Both the position numbers and the translations under genes were made by a program. The notes beneath the pieces are model-generated. The model searched no databases and was not told where the DNA came from. It saw nothing but the letters and a program-made list of their open reading frames with translations. This document shows, one piece after another, positions 9,931 to 22,100 of a DNA stretch of 64,000 nucleotides. Location of the stretch: the IMG/VR virus record IMGVR_UViG_3300031997_000001, positions 171,459 through 235,458 of that record; one strand, 5' to 3'. Numbering within the stretch: position 1 is the stretch's first letter; each line of letters opens with the position of its first letter.

Positions 9931-12900
9931 TCACTTGTCCCCCTCCATGGTCAGGTCGTCGGCGGAGGCCTTCGCGTCCGCCAGCGCGCTGCGGATGGGA
10001 CCGTTCGGGTCGCTCGGCTCCACTGCGTCCTCTCCCAAGAGGATCCGCTGGCCCAGGTTCCCGAGGGTCTGGAACAGCGGCAGGCCGAGGCACTTCTCGA
10101 TGACCGCCTTGCCGACGTCCTTGCGCAGCTTCTCGGGAAGCGTGTCCTGTCGGATGTAGATGATCTTCTTCTTTTCCTCACCGGGGGAGGTGCTGACCTC
10201 CATGGTGATGAATTCCGGCGCTCCCGGTTCCAGGACCGAGGCGGTCTCGTTCAGGGTCGGGAGACGACGGAACTTCGGCGGAACGCGTTTGGGCATCTGG
10301 CCTCCTAGGTGGCATGAATCACGACGGACCAGGCCTTCCTTACCTCAAGACTGGAGAAGTAGAAGCAGTCGCTTCCACCCACGCGCTCGAGGGACTTCAC
10401 GACGAGCGATTTGTACAACTCCATTGAGCGGAGTGCGGCTAACGCGTCCTCCGGGCTGGATGTCTTGGACTTGACCTGGATGGCGATATGGACCGTAGAT
10501 CCAGACGCCAGTGTGATGCGCCAGATGTCGCAGTGCTTGTCTTCCATGGCTGTCCTCAATTCACGAGGGACTGGGCGCGCTTCAGGAGTTCCTCATCCTG
10601 GGCGACCTGTCCAAGCGACTGCATGATCTCCTGCGTCGGCGGGCTGCCTTCGTCCTTGGCCTTGGCGATGAGAGCCTTCGCCTCGGCGACGTGCTGGTCG
10701 AACCTCACCTTGAGCTTGGCCACGTCCTCCGGGCTGGGCGGACACACGAGACTCGCGTACCGGGAGGGAACGAGAGAGGGGACGACGGTAGCGAAGATGT
10801 TGCCGCCGCCCAGGATCTTCCCCAGCTCCCCCAGCATGCCTTTGATCTCCAAAGGCGATGGCATTCCCTCGGGCTCCTCGCCGCCCCCGAAGGCGCCCCC
10901 GTATTCGCCGTTGGGGTCAGGCCCCTCGAACTCTTCTGGCTCGTCCGGATCTTCCATGTTCATATACGTTCTCCTAGGAACAGTATATCAGGGAGGGAAA
11001 TCCCCTGTCAACTATTCCTCAGTACGAGCAGTATAGGACAAGCCATACCCCGAACGTCCCCTTGAGTTCCCATTCCTCGGACCTTTTCAGCATGAAGGCC
11101 CGCACGGAGTCGAGGGTGGATGGGTTGTACAGGAACGGTCCATCACTCCTGACCTCTGCCACCTGCTTGCCGACGATCACTTCGTCGCCTTCGGAATCTC
11201 CGACCGGGTAGACGCGGTATCCCAAGTATTCGCCGTCGTCTTCATTGTAGCCCTTGACGGGGCGGGGTTCTGTTGTCCACGATTGCTTCCCGCATTCCGG
11301 ACAGAACTTCGCCCCCTTCTTCGGATGGGCGCATCCGGACACCTTCCGCTCCGGCATCAAATCGGAACGCTTGACCTTGATGCCGCAGATTAGCCAAGTC
11401 GTATAGTCCACGCTCATGGACTCTCCTTGGTCATGCTTTCATTCCCATTTGGAATCCCATGGGCGGACGCTTGATGCTGCCTTCCTCGTCCCCCTCCCCT
11501 TCCTTGTAGAAGATCGACCGGGTGCCGAGCTTCGTGGCGATGGGCAGTTTGATGCCGTCCCCGCCGTAGGAACTGCCGAACATGAACAGCCCCTCGCCGG
11601 GCTCCGTGGCTCCCAGCTCCCGATAACACTTCCCGTCCCAGACCAGCTCGATAGCCTCTCCCCACTCGATGCCCTTGAGCTTCTGGTCCCGGTCATAGCA
11701 ATAGTCGCGGAGCCAGACATTGGCGACGTCGATGTCAAGGTCCTTGTGGCGGGCGACGACCTCAAGGCTCTGGGATTCGGTCACGACGAGTTCCGTGTTG
11801 GGGAACAGGAACGTCGGCTTCCCGCCCACGAGGCGGGCGTTCAGGAACACGATCCTCGGGTTGCGGTCGGGCTCGACGGTTTGCCCATGCCACTCCCCCG
11901 ATCCATGGTCGATATTCTTCACGCGGGCCACGACTATGGTGAAAATGTCCATCAAACCCGGTCTCCTTCCACCACCTGCAGGAACTGGGCCTGCAGGTCT
12001 TTCTCGACCTGGGTCCAGTCCTTGGCGATCTCCTCGTCCGTCATTCCCTCTCTCTTGCAGACCTCGTAGTGCGTCTCCTTCAGATCAGGACTGCGCGGGA
12101 GGGGCGGGCGGAGCGACGGGCTGAGCGGGTACGTTCGCATTCGGAGCCTCCTTCACGGGAGCGGGGGCGAGGGCCTGTGTGGGCTTCGCCTTGGGGATGA
12201 CGGTGACCGGACCCTTGGCGGGCTTCACAGTGACCGGGCGGTAATTGTGGTGCTCGACCTGCTCGGGCTTGGCCTTCTTGATGGGCTTGGGACTGGCCGT
12301 CGGGCCGCCGCCGACCCGCTTGTAGCCGCGGTCCATGAGCCGGGCGACCAGCTGGGCGTAGTCCTTAAACGCGAACACGCTGCCGGTCTTCCCCTGCTTG
12401 CCCAGGGAGGCGTTGTACGTGTTGAAGGCGCGGTACTTCTTGGTGATCCGGTTGACGATCACGTGGGCCTCTGCCTTCACGCCCTTGTGGTCGAACGCCA
12501 TCGGCTTCGACCAGCGCTCGCCGGCGATCGACTTGAAGTCGAACTTCGGGGTGCCGCTCACCTTCTGCGTCGCCATCTGTTCCTCCTTCTTGGATGAGAT
12601 GATCCGCGTGCAGTGGACGACCGCACGGGCGCCGCTCTTTATGTCTTCGACCTCGACCTGACTCCGGTCCCGCCGGACCTCGCGGAACAGCTCCGGCATC
12701 GCCTTCCCGTCAGGACCGACGACGCGAAACCCTTCGCGCATGCTCCTCCCTCCTTGGCACGATGCCGATCTGGATGTCCCTTCCCACGGTGCGGACCATG
12801 TGGAGCGCGTCCTCCAGCCTCTTGACTCCGTCGAGGGTGAGGACCGCGTGGATCGTCTCCGAGTGAGCCCTCCCGATCAGGCCGATGGTGACCATGTCGC

Positions 12901-13185
12901 CGACCTTCCTCGCCACGAGGTAGCGGGGCGACAGGAAGCCGTTGCGCTTGGCTTGCCTGACCTGGAGGACGACGAGCGTGTTGATCTTCAGCATGCCGTC
13001 TTCTCCTTCTCCTCCTCACTCATCTTCACCCAGGCCGAACCATCCCAACGGTAGACCAGCCCATCTACCGTCGCATTCAAGGCATCGTCCAACGTCGGGA
13101 AAGCAAAAGCCACCACCCCCCGGCTCCTGTCCTCGATGCCGAAATCGAAACCACCCACATGCTTCTGATTGACCAAATCCATCAT
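9931..13185 (-). CDS. run of hypothetical genes (9931-10296, 10305-10559, 10556-10963, 11019-11417, 11431-11955, 12085-12741, 12710-12994, 12988-13185)
   Basis: Tiled minus-strand ORFs with RBS; 11019-11417 carries CAHP...CPECG. Confidence 0.55.
10982..11011 (-). promoter_or_regulatory. sigma70-type promoter TTGACA-N18-TATACT
   Basis: Near-consensus hexamers in an AT-rich gap just upstream of the RBS and ATG at 10963. Confidence 0.75.
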
Positions 13186-13214
13186 TATCTCCTTGAGTTG
13201 GCTGATCCCCTAAA

Positions 13215-13243
13215 GGCCCGCCGCCCGATGCGGACGGCGGGCC
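13215..13243 (-). terminator. intrinsic terminator-like hairpin
   Basis: GGCCCGCCG/CGGCGGGCC stem followed by TTTA, just after the stop at 13251. Confidence 0.6.
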
Positions 13244-13250
13244 GTGTGGT

Positions 13251-13871
13251 TTACTTCGCCCGGAGCGAGGGCTTGGTGGGCTTGAGGATCCCCTGCTCGA
13301 GCAGGCCCTTGGCCTTCGCCTCGATCTTCTCGTCCATCACGATCCCGTGGTGGAGAGCCTCGGTCGGCACGTAATACTGCTCGACCACGAGGTAGTCCTT
13401 GAACTTGTCGATGCCGATGGCCTCGATGATCCGCTTCAGGCCGTCCGGGTCGTTGACCGCCTTCTCGCTGAGGCTGATCTCGGTGACCTTCTTGACCAGC
13501 TTGTCCATCTCGTCGCCGAAGGCCTTCTCCAGCGCGTCCTTGGCGTCGGTGGGGACCTTGCTGTACTTGTTCTGGGTGACCAGCAGCAGGGCCTCGTTGA
13601 GCACCACGGCGCTCTCGAACCGGCCGAGGGCGCGGAGTTCCTTGATGCGGGCGGCCAGGGCCTTGGGCATGATTTCCTCTTCCGCGGTCGCCTGCGCTGC
13701 CGCGGCGTTCTTGCTGTCCTGCTTGGCCTTCAGGAAGGCGGCCACGTCCTTGTCGATGCCGGGGACGGTGATCGTCGGGGTCTTGCTCTTCGACTTCGTC
13801 GCGGGCTTGTTGGCCGCGAGCCCGGCGAGCAGGTCGTTCACGTCGATGGTCTTGTCGGAGGTCTTCGCCAT
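13251..13871 (-). CDS. hypothetical protein, probably highly expressed early
   Basis: Strongly biased codons; has its own promoter and terminator. Confidence 0.75.
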   Translation of the reverse strand: MAKTSDKTIDVNDLLAGLAANKPATKSKSKTPTITVPGIDKDVAAFLKAKQDSKNAAAAQATAEEEIMPKALAARIKELRALGRFESAVVLNEALLLVTQNKYSKVPTDAKDALEKAFGDEMDKLVKKVTEISLSEKAVNDPDGLKRIIEAIGIDKFKDYLVVEQYYVPTEALHHGIVMDEKIEAKAKGLLEQGILKPTKPSLRAK

Positions 13872-13916
13872 GGTCGCAACTCCTAGAAAGGGGTGGATGC
13901 TTCCGTCAACAGGCGT

Positions 13917-13946
13917 ATTCTATCAGGGAGCGTATCTTATTGTCAA
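13917..13946 (-). promoter_or_regulatory. sigma70-type promoter TTGACA-N18-TAGAAT
   Basis: Near-consensus hexamers; shares TCCCTGA before the -10 box with the 10982 promoter. Confidence 0.75.
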
Positions 13947-14251
13947 TTATTTGAAATACAGTCTAGAATTCTCCTCAATTGGGGAATCTTGAGAATGGAG
14001 ACTACGCAGGGACGGCCTCGATGCAGTTGCGGGTCTTCTCGTCCATCCCGTACAGCTGGTCCCGCAAGGCCTTGATCATCTTCTCGACGTCCTCTTCCGA
14101 GAGCTCGTCAGGTTCGCCCATCATATGATCCCATATGTAGTCGGCCAGTGCGGGGATGAACTTCTTGTCCAGCTGCCTGACGCTCTGGACTTTGCCGGCC
14201 ATCATCTTGACGTCGCTGACGAACTGGTCAACCTTGGTCATCAGGCTCCTC

Positions 14252-14674
14252 CTAGTCAGGACCCGTGGTGCTCGAGAGGAATGAGTCGCCGCCCTTCTTG
14301 TAGCTGTGCGTATGTCCCTTCCTGGAAGCCCCTCGTGCCAGAGGCTCGACCGCATCCAGCCGCTTCTGGAGTTCCTTGAGCCAGATCGCCAGCGGCAGGA
14401 TCTCGCCAGGAATCCGCTCGTTCGAGGAGGCGAGAGCGTGCTTGGTCGCGGCCAGCTCGTCCCGGAGCTTGGCACACTCGGCCTTGGTGACGGTCAGCTC
14501 CTTGAGCACTTCGGGTTGCTCGGACGGCAGCGTCTTCTCCATCTCCCGCTGCTCGCGCAGGACAGCTTGGAGCTGCGTATTGAGCTTGCTGATCTCCCGG
14601 TCCTTGCTCCCGTCATCGCAACCGAGGATCGTGAGCGGGATCAGCAGAATGACTAGAGAGAAGAGTCGGTTCAT
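14252..14674 (-). CDS. putative lipoprotein with coiled coil
   Basis: MNRLFSLVILLIPLTILG-C signal peptide and lipobox. Confidence 0.65.
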   Translation of the reverse strand: MNRLFSLVILLIPLTILGCDDGSKDREISKLNTQLQAVLREQREMEKTLPSEQPEVLKELTVTKAECAKLRDELAATKHALASSNERIPGEILPLAIWLKELQKRLDAVEPLARGASRKGHTHSYKKGGDSFLSSTTGPD

Positions 14675-15191
14675 GATGCCTCCTGTGTTAGAGTTCCTGA
14701 AGGCCCAGATCCGGACCGCGACGGCTGGTCTCCTCCACGAGGACGGGCTTGGGCCGCGCCTTCTCCTCTTCCTGCTTGATCAGCTGCTTGAGCCCGTAGT
14801 TCACCTGCCGGAGCTCGTACTCGCTCTTGAGCTCGCCGTCCTTCACGGTGAGCCGGCGGGTCTCTGCGGCGATCGCCTTCCCCTTCCCGAGCCTGGCCAG
14901 GTTATCCATGACCTGGGTGATCAGCTCAAGTTGCTGATCCGTCGGGGCCTTGGTTGTCGCGTTCATGATTTCATCTCCCTGTGTTGCTTGCAGTGCTCGG
15001 CGCAGCAATACCCGCCATTGTGCGTGGTGAGCTTGTCGCATCCGGGCAGCGCACATTTCCTCGCTTCCCGCTCCTTCTTACGCAGGAAGGATGGGAGGCC
15101 GAAGATACCGGTGAGCCCGGCAAAGACCATCTTCGATTCGTGGCTCAAGAACCGCCATGTGCCACGGCACAGGCGCTCCACCAGATCTTCC

Positions 15192-15752
15192 TCATCCGAG
15201 GATCTCCTTGGCGAGGGCCTCGATGTTCTTGGTCTTCTGCTCCGTGGATACCGTCTGCTTGGTCGACTTCGCGCCTCTGCAGGCTACGCACAGCTTGACC
15301 TGGAAGAGGTCTGAGGTATGTACCAATCGCGCCGCCTTGCACTTGGCGCAGGTGATCTCGATGGTCCACTTCTTGGCGGCGGGCTGGTAGTAGAGCGTGC
15401 CCGCTTTCGCGTGCGGGTACTTCTTGAGCAGGGCTGCCTCGTCCGGCCCCTTGGTCTTGAGCGTCGGGATTCTGGGCTTCTTCGTCCCGTCCGGATTCCT
15501 GCTCTTCATCGCCCTCGCCGAGGCCGCATTGGTCTCCGACTTGGGCTTGAGCTTCTTGTTCTTGTCGACGATCGCCTTGACGATGGCGAGTCCCGGAGTC
15601 TTGACCGGCTTGGCTTGAGTCTGGCCCTCGGCGACGACCAGCACCGGCACGTCGGCCTTCGGCGGCTTCGGCTTGACCGGCTTGTCGATCAGCCTCTGGC
15701 CGAGGCCCAGGTTCTTCTCGAGCTGGCTCTGCAACGCTTCCATCTCGTCCAT
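15192..15752 (-). CDS. Lys/Pro-rich protein with KYPH-type Zn-ribbon domain (paralogue 1 of 4)
   Basis: LLKKYPH..GT....KW...I.C..C...R.V.TSDLF.V..C..C. Confidence 0.7.
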   Translation of the reverse strand: MDEMEALQSQLEKNLGLGQRLIDKPVKPKPPKADVPVLVVAEGQTQAKPVKTPGLAIVKAIVDKNKKLKPKSETNAASARAMKSRNPDGTKKPRIPTLKTKGPDEAALLKKYPHAKAGTLYYQPAAKKWTIEITCAKCKAARLVHTSDLFQVKLCVACRGAKSTKQTVSTEQKTKNIEALAKEILG

Positions 15753-15771
15753 ATTTGGCTCCTTGCCAGAT

Positions 15772-16645
15772 TTATGCCGCCTGAATGTTGGCCTTCCAGC
15801 CGAAGCGGGACAGCTCCGCCCACGCGTCGAGCACGTCCTCGATGCCGGCGGTCATCACCAGGTCCGCGGCCAGCAGGTTCTCACGGTGCTCACCCCCGCG
15901 GGAGGCGAACAGGTTCGAGCCCTTGCCCGAGACGGGGGAGATGGACGCGTAGTCCGCCTTCTTGGGAAGGGATCCCTCTTCCATCTGGCCGTCCGAGAGG
16001 CCGAGGTGCTTCCAGAGCTCCCACATCGCGTGGAAGCTGCCGGTGGCCACGAAGGGCCGCGTGCTCCCGTTCCGCACCGTGAGCTTGTAGAAGCGGGGGA
16101 CGGACAGGTCGATGGCGACGATCGCGTCCGGCTTGAAGATCGTGTTGCTCCCGCGGACGCCGCGCCGGGTCGTGTAGTGGTCGGTCCAGCCGATCGGGCC
16201 GTCCACGCCGAGAAGGGTCTGCGACATGGTAGGTCTCCTAGAGGGGGACGACGGTGGCCGTGCCCACTTCCGTGTCGAACTCGACGGTGATCTGCTCACC
16301 CCACCTCACGAACTTCGACAGGGCCTCCTCGATCTGCTCGCGCATCTCCGTCAGTTCGTCCGTGCCTGAGCCGATCGCCTCCTGTATGGCCATGTCCACG
16401 ACGTCCGGGGTCTTGAACATGACCCTGATCTTGTTATCCTTCGGGTCGGGGTCTTGGGCTTCGGATGCCTTCATCGCCAGGGCCGCTTTCGGTCCGATCT
16501 CGGTGGGCTTGAGCCTCTTGAAGAAGGCGTCGCACTTGTCCACCCAGAGCTTGAGGGTGGGGTCGCTCTTTCCCCCGCACTCCATGAAGAACGCCCACAG
16601 CATCTCGAGCGCCTCCTTCTGGTCCTGCTCTGAGAGATTCGCCAT
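15772..16645 (-). CDS. two hypothetical proteins (15772-16227, 16238-16645)
   Basis: GGAG RBS and ATG; tiled with neighbours. Confidence 0.55.
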
Positions 16646-16648
16646 GTC

Positions 16649-17099
16649 CTATTCCCTTTCTAGATGCCGGATCACCTTCCGCATCGACCGCTTCGTGAGA
16701 CCGCTCAACCAGCGGACGTGGATGAGCTTCACGTTCCCGCGCCGCTTGGCCCACTCGTGCGTGTCGTCGCGGAATCCGTCCTCGACCCAGACCAGCTTGC
16801 GGGCCGGATCGGGAAACATGTGGTCGACGGAGACGCACTTCCAGTCCTGATCCTTCCTCTCGATGGCGACCATGGGAATGTGCGGCCTCTCGGGGATCCC
16901 TGCCGCCTTCCCGGTTCGCCCTCTCCATCCAGCAAGTGCACCAGACCAGCTCCGAGATCCGGTCCACCTTCCGCAAGAAGGACTTCCAGTTCCGGCAGGC
17001 CCAGAGAGGAAGGTACGTACCGGGCAGGTGGACCGTCTCGCGCTGATCCCCGCCGATGCTGAGCACGCCGTCCACGTCCAGCAGGAGGATGGGCTTCAT
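16649..17099 (-). pseudogene. HAD-superfamily (HAD_SAK-like) phosphatase split by a frameshift near 16912
   Basis: LLLDVDGVL and LVWCTCW..AN in one frame; GKAAGIPERP...LVWVED in the next frame. Confidence 0.65.
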
Positions 17100-17563
17100 T
17101 TGCTCCCCTTCATCGCCTCCAGGTTGACGATCTTGAACCCCTTGAACGACGCGGGCAGGGTCCACGACACGAGGAACTCGACCTTCCTGCTGCCGGGCTT
17201 CTGTAAGACGTCGTCGACGTTGAGTCCGTCCCTGGCGAAGTCATCCGAGAGCGAGTCGATTTCGACGCTGTCGTCCAGCAAGGACGGCACCATGCTCAAC
17301 GTGCGCGTCGCGGCGATCTGGATGCGCGGTTGCGGGTTCTTCTTCGCCATGGTCAATCTCCTAACGGACCTCGATGTTCGCTGCTCCGAACTCCTGACAG
17401 CGCTTGCAAGTTGCGCGGTGCTTCTTCTCCCAGCCCGCAGTGATGTCGTCCGTCGGTGCGCCGTACGCCTCGGTCATCGGGTCGTCGAAGAGCGAGGACA
17501 TGAACTTCTCGACCTCGGGACACTCCGGGTCCACCGGCGCGTGCCAGCGATGCGTCATTCCCC

Positions 17564-18442
17564 TCATTTCCCCTCCTTGCCTTTCTTGGCCTTCTTGGTC
17601 CGCAAGTAGACGCAATACGCGTGGATCTCCGCGGTGAGCCACTTGCCGAACTCCTGCCAGGCCTTGATCTTGGGAATCTCGGCCATCAGGATGCCGTGCC
17701 TGTACGTGCGTGCCGCCTTGGTGGCCCTCGCCTCCTTCTCCTTCTTGGGAAGCTCGGCCTTCAAGATGCCGTGCCTGTAAGGGCGTGCCTGCTTGAGGAA
17801 GTCCATATAGGGCTTGAACCGGAAGCGGTCGGTGACGGTGCTCAGGCACTTGACGAAGCCGGGGAGGTGTTGGTAGATGAACGTGTAGTGACTGGGTCCC
17901 CAGATCCGGGCAATGAAGCCGTACTCCGCCGTCACCTTCCTCCCGAGCGCGTACCAGATCGAGCTGTAGATCTCGTAGGGGAGGCGTCCATCGCGCTCGG
18001 CCCGTCTTGCGTTGGCCTTTGCGTGCTTGTGCTTCTTCTGGACCTTGACGGGGTCATAGACCACGTCGTTGCTGTAAATGTGACAGCGGCAGAGGCCCTT
18101 CTCTTCCCAGCGCTTGGGTAAGCTCTTTTGATTGGGATCGAGATTGATCCGTCCGTACTTCTGACAGAGCTCAATGGCACGGCTGACGTGGATGGTCGGC
18201 TTGACGGTGGGGTGTTCGCTCACGCCGACCCCGTTCCAGTTCGGGTTCATCTTCTGGACGAAGACGGCATCGGGTTCCTGGGGGTACCGGTCGGTAAGCT
18301 CGGCCAGCAGGGCTTCGATGTCGCTCACGAAGATGATGTCCTGGTCGATTGTCTTGGCCGCCCGGACCTTGTCGTCCGTCAGCTCCCAGCGACTTCCATT
18401 TTTGATGGCTGCGATCGCACCGCTCAGGACTCCCACATTCAA
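17564..18442 (-). CDS. hypothetical protein with internal repeat ARxYRHGILxAExPK (x2)
   Basis: 292-aa ORF; DNA repeat gatgccgtgcctgta occurs twice. Confidence 0.65.
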   Translation of the reverse strand: MNVGVLSGAIAAIKNGSRWELTDDKVRAAKTIDQDIIFVSDIEALLAELTDRYPQEPDAVFVQKMNPNWNGVGVSEHPTVKPTIHVSRAIELCQKYGRINLDPNQKSLPKRWEEKGLCRCHIYSNDVVYDPVKVQKKHKHAKANARRAERDGRLPYEIYSSIWYALGRKVTAEYGFIARIWGPSHYTFIYQHLPGFVKCLSTVTDRFRFKPYMDFLKQARPYRHGILKAELPKKEKEARATKAARTYRHGILMAEIPKIKAWQEFGKWLTAEIHAYCVYLRTKKAKKGKEGK

Positions 18443-18526
18443 TCTCCTGAAGTGAGCATCAAGGGTGGCTCAGCCTGGCTTATCCGTTGCCACGGAGCCG
18501 AGCCACCGATGGCGATCACGCCAGCT

Positions 18527-19123
18527 TTACTCGGCGGCGAACCCCTCGAGGAACTTCCGGCCCTCGGCCGTCTGGCCGATGACCGCCGACGCCCACTTGG
18601 CGCGGGCCTGGCGCTCCATGGCGGGGAGCTGGGCCAGCTGCTTGCGGACGTCGCAGAGGTCCTCGTACGCCGCGTCCCGCTTCGCCTTCAGCGCCTTGAT
18701 CTCGGCGTTGAGGGCCTTGACCTCGGCGGGCACGGACATCTCGAGCTCGGAGCAGAGGGAGGTGCGGACCGTGACCTTCTCCTTCTTGTCGTCGTCCTCG
18801 TCCGGGTGGCAGACGTTGACGATCCGGACGTAGTTGTCGCTGGCGACGCCCAGGACCTTGAGGGCCTCGTTGGCCTTCTTCATGGCGGCGCCCCACTTCG
18901 CGTCGATGGCGGCCTTGATGGCCTTCTCGCGGTCGGCCTTCTTCGTCGACACGTCCTTGTCGAGGCCGGAGGCGAGCTTCTCGGCGACGTCCTTCTGGGC
19001 CAGGAGCGCCTGCTCCTTCTTGGACACGGCCACCGCGATCAGGTCGTCCTTGGTGACCTCCAGTTTGGACACGACGCCGGTCGGCAGCACGGGGATCAGC
19101 GACAGGCCTTTCGACTTCTCCAT
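18527..19123 (-). CDS. coiled-coil hypothetical protein
   Basis: GGAGG RBS, ATG at 19123, Ala/Lys-rich heptads. Confidence 0.65.
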   Translation of the reverse strand: MEKSKGLSLIPVLPTGVVSKLEVTKDDLIAVAVSKKEQALLAQKDVAEKLASGLDKDVSTKKADREKAIKAAIDAKWGAAMKKANEALKVLGVASDNYVRIVNVCHPDEDDDKKEKVTVRTSLCSELEMSVPAEVKALNAEIKALKAKRDAAYEDLCDVRKQLAQLPAMERQARAKWASAVIGQTAEGRKFLEGFAAE

Positions 19124-19164
19124 CGGGACACCTCCAGAGAGAAAGAGGAACGTGAAACGGTAGG

Positions 19165-22100
19165 TTACATGAGTTGCCAGACCACGCGGTAGGCGACCTT
19201 CGGGTTGAGCCGGATCACCTGCCGGTAGGGCAGGCGGGAGATGACCTTCGCGACGTGGCGACGGGCCTGATTGCGGGGGAGCTGACGGGTGACCAGCACC
19301 TCCTTGACGGAGCCGGGGCAGAAGTCCCAGCAGGCGGACACCCGCTCCCGGAGCGAGATCAGCTGGGCAACGCTCTCGCGCAGGGGGACGGGGATGATCA
19401 GGGGGATGTTGACCGACCGCCTCCACGCCTCCAGCACCAGATGGGACTTCCCCTGCGTCCGCCAGTCGGCCAGACGGGAGATGGCGGGAATCATGTGGAT
19501 CTCCTAATGGTGCCGACGGACGTCACTTCTTCTTGAGGATCGCGTAGGTCTCGTAGTTGAGGAAGACCATCAGGCAGATGCAGGCGTCGATGGACGCCTG
19601 GAGGTGCGTCGACGGGTCGCCGATCGTGGTAACGTACCGGACGGCCTGGATGATCACGATGGCGACGAGAATCAGGTAGATCATGCCCCCTCCTATGTGG
19701 CTGTGACATCCTTCTGCCAGAGGTGCCGAATGATCGAGTTGGAAATCGGGCGCTCGGGCAAGGCGACGTCTATCTCTCCGACCATCACGGCGGTCACCGA
19801 CGTCGGCTCTTTGTGCGAGTTCTTGCTGTAGTACGAAGGATAGGTGGCCTTGGCCTGCTCGCACGTTTCCAGCAGGAGGATCGCGTCGCTGGCCCTTCGG
19901 TTCTGGGTGATGACGAGGAACACGCCCTCCTTGCCGTCTTCGTACCGGACCGTCACCTTGCTCACGTACCGCTGCGCCTTTGGGTGAGGAGGGCCCACCA
20001 GGGGTCCATCGTACCGGACCGTCACCCCGCCGCGGCTCTTCTTTGCCAAGATTAAGCCTCCTAGAAGAACAGCGCCCGCAGGCAGCGGACGGTGTTCAGG
20101 GCCCAGAGGTACAGCCACCGCCAGGACTTCCCGACTAGCGGCAGGCAGGTCATCCCCGCCCGCCACTCGTTCATCCGGACGTCGCCCCGGCTGAACCAGC
20201 ACTCGCTGACCAAATAGGCCTTCATGAGACCTCCTCGGTGGGCTTGATCACGAGGATTCCCGCCACCTTGAGCCAGGGAATTCCACACTCGTCCGCCATC
20301 CGCATCAGCTCGCCTCCGGCCTTCGCATAGACCTCGGTGTCGGTCGCGTAGAACCTGTCGTGCAGGTGCCAGACCAGGCAGGCGATGAGAAAGCCCGTGT
20401 CCATCACTTGTCTCCTTCCCCTAATCCCCTTCCACCCCGCGCCGATCCCTCGCCTCGTCGCACTTGCGGTCCCCCTCGTCGGCCGCCGCCCGCTCGTCCT
20501 CGCCCTTCACGTGCTCGAGGCACTTGTCGGTGAGACTGTCCCTGTCGAAGCCCAGGGCGGGCCACAGATACTCGGGGACCTCGTGCTGGACCGGAGACCA
20601 AGGCACCCGGATGAAGACCGACAGGTTCTCGATCTCCCCTCCCTCCGCGTCGTGGCAGTCGTCCGGGTCCCCCTGCGTCTTGGCAGGGGAGAATGGCGTC
20701 GCGTTGAAGGCGATCGTGAACGTGTGCTCGTCGTTCACCCCGCCCTCCAGCTCGAAGTCGAACTTGAATCCCTTCATCGGGCACCTCCTCTCTGCATGGG
20801 TCTCATTCGGAGAACTCCATGATGAACTCTTCCACCGAGCACTTGTCTAGCGGGTCCAGGTCCACCGACCTTCCCGCCCTACCAAATCCCTTGGCTCCCT
20901 TCGACCCGGCTCCGACCACGGGGCACTTCTTCGTAGGCTTCCCGTCCCAGGTGATGAGCTGCCGGAACCATCCCATGGCATCCAGGTTCTCGTCCGTGCT
21001 CTGTGCCTTCAACATGCCCGCGAGCTTCACGAGGACTGACTTCGGCGCGTAGAGGATCTTGTCTCCGTCCCGCCCGTCCTGGTGCAGGTCAACCTGCACG
21101 TAGGCTTTATTCCCCTTCATCGGGCACCTCCCACTATGAACTTGCGCTCCTCATCGACCTGCATCGACAGCCGCGCCTCCAGCGTCCCGCACTTCTCGGT
21201 CAGCTCGACCACCAGCCCGCCCGTCGCGGCAGAGGTGCTCCCCTGCCTTACGTGGGTCATCAGCTCCCGCAGCGCCCGCTCGATCGCAGCCGCATCCGGC
21301 GAGACGGGGCTCATCCACCAGGTCCAGTTGAGCGCCTGGTAGACGGGAGCCACTCGGATGGCGAAGTTCGGGATGGCCTTCTCCAGCCACTCGACCGCCT
21401 GGTCCCTGCTGCTGGTCTTGGTCTCGATCATGTCACCTCCCATTTGGTTCTTCAAGATTCCCGGGTCGGCTACGCCTCCATCAGGATGGCCAGCACGAAT
21501 TTGGGGATGGGGGAGATCAGGACGTCGATCTTCGGCCCCTTGATCCGGAGCATCGGCCTGCCGCAGAAGCGCCCGGCCCAGGAGAGCGTGAAGGCCGGGT
21601 TCTTGCCCCCGACCTCGTCGTTGCTCTCGTCCAGGTCGATGAGCTTCACCTGGACCTGTCCCATCTTGGAGTCCTCGTTCCAGAGTATGACCTCCACCTC
21701 GTGCTCGAGCTGCCCGTACTCGTCCATGCAGCTGACGATCTGACGCAGGTCATCCATGGGAGTGTACTTTGCCTTCTTCACCTTGATCCTCCCTAAAGGA
21801 GCTTCAAATCTCCCAGGTCGACGCCGTAGGTGTTGTCGCCGTCGCCGAACAGGGCTTCGTGGGTGGTGCCGGCCAAACGGGCGTTCCCGATCGCCAGGAG
21901 GTCGAGGGCCTCGGCTGCCTTCTCAATCCGCCTGTTCTCGAAGGAATCGAGTCCCAGGAGCGACCTGAGCAGGGTGGACAGGGTCCAATAGCTCCGGGCG
22001 CGCATCTCGCAGCGGATCTTGATCGCCAGGCTGAAGTTCTGCTCCCGGACGGCTCTCTGCTTGTGCTTGTCGAGTCGGACCATGACCTTCATCCCGTCAC

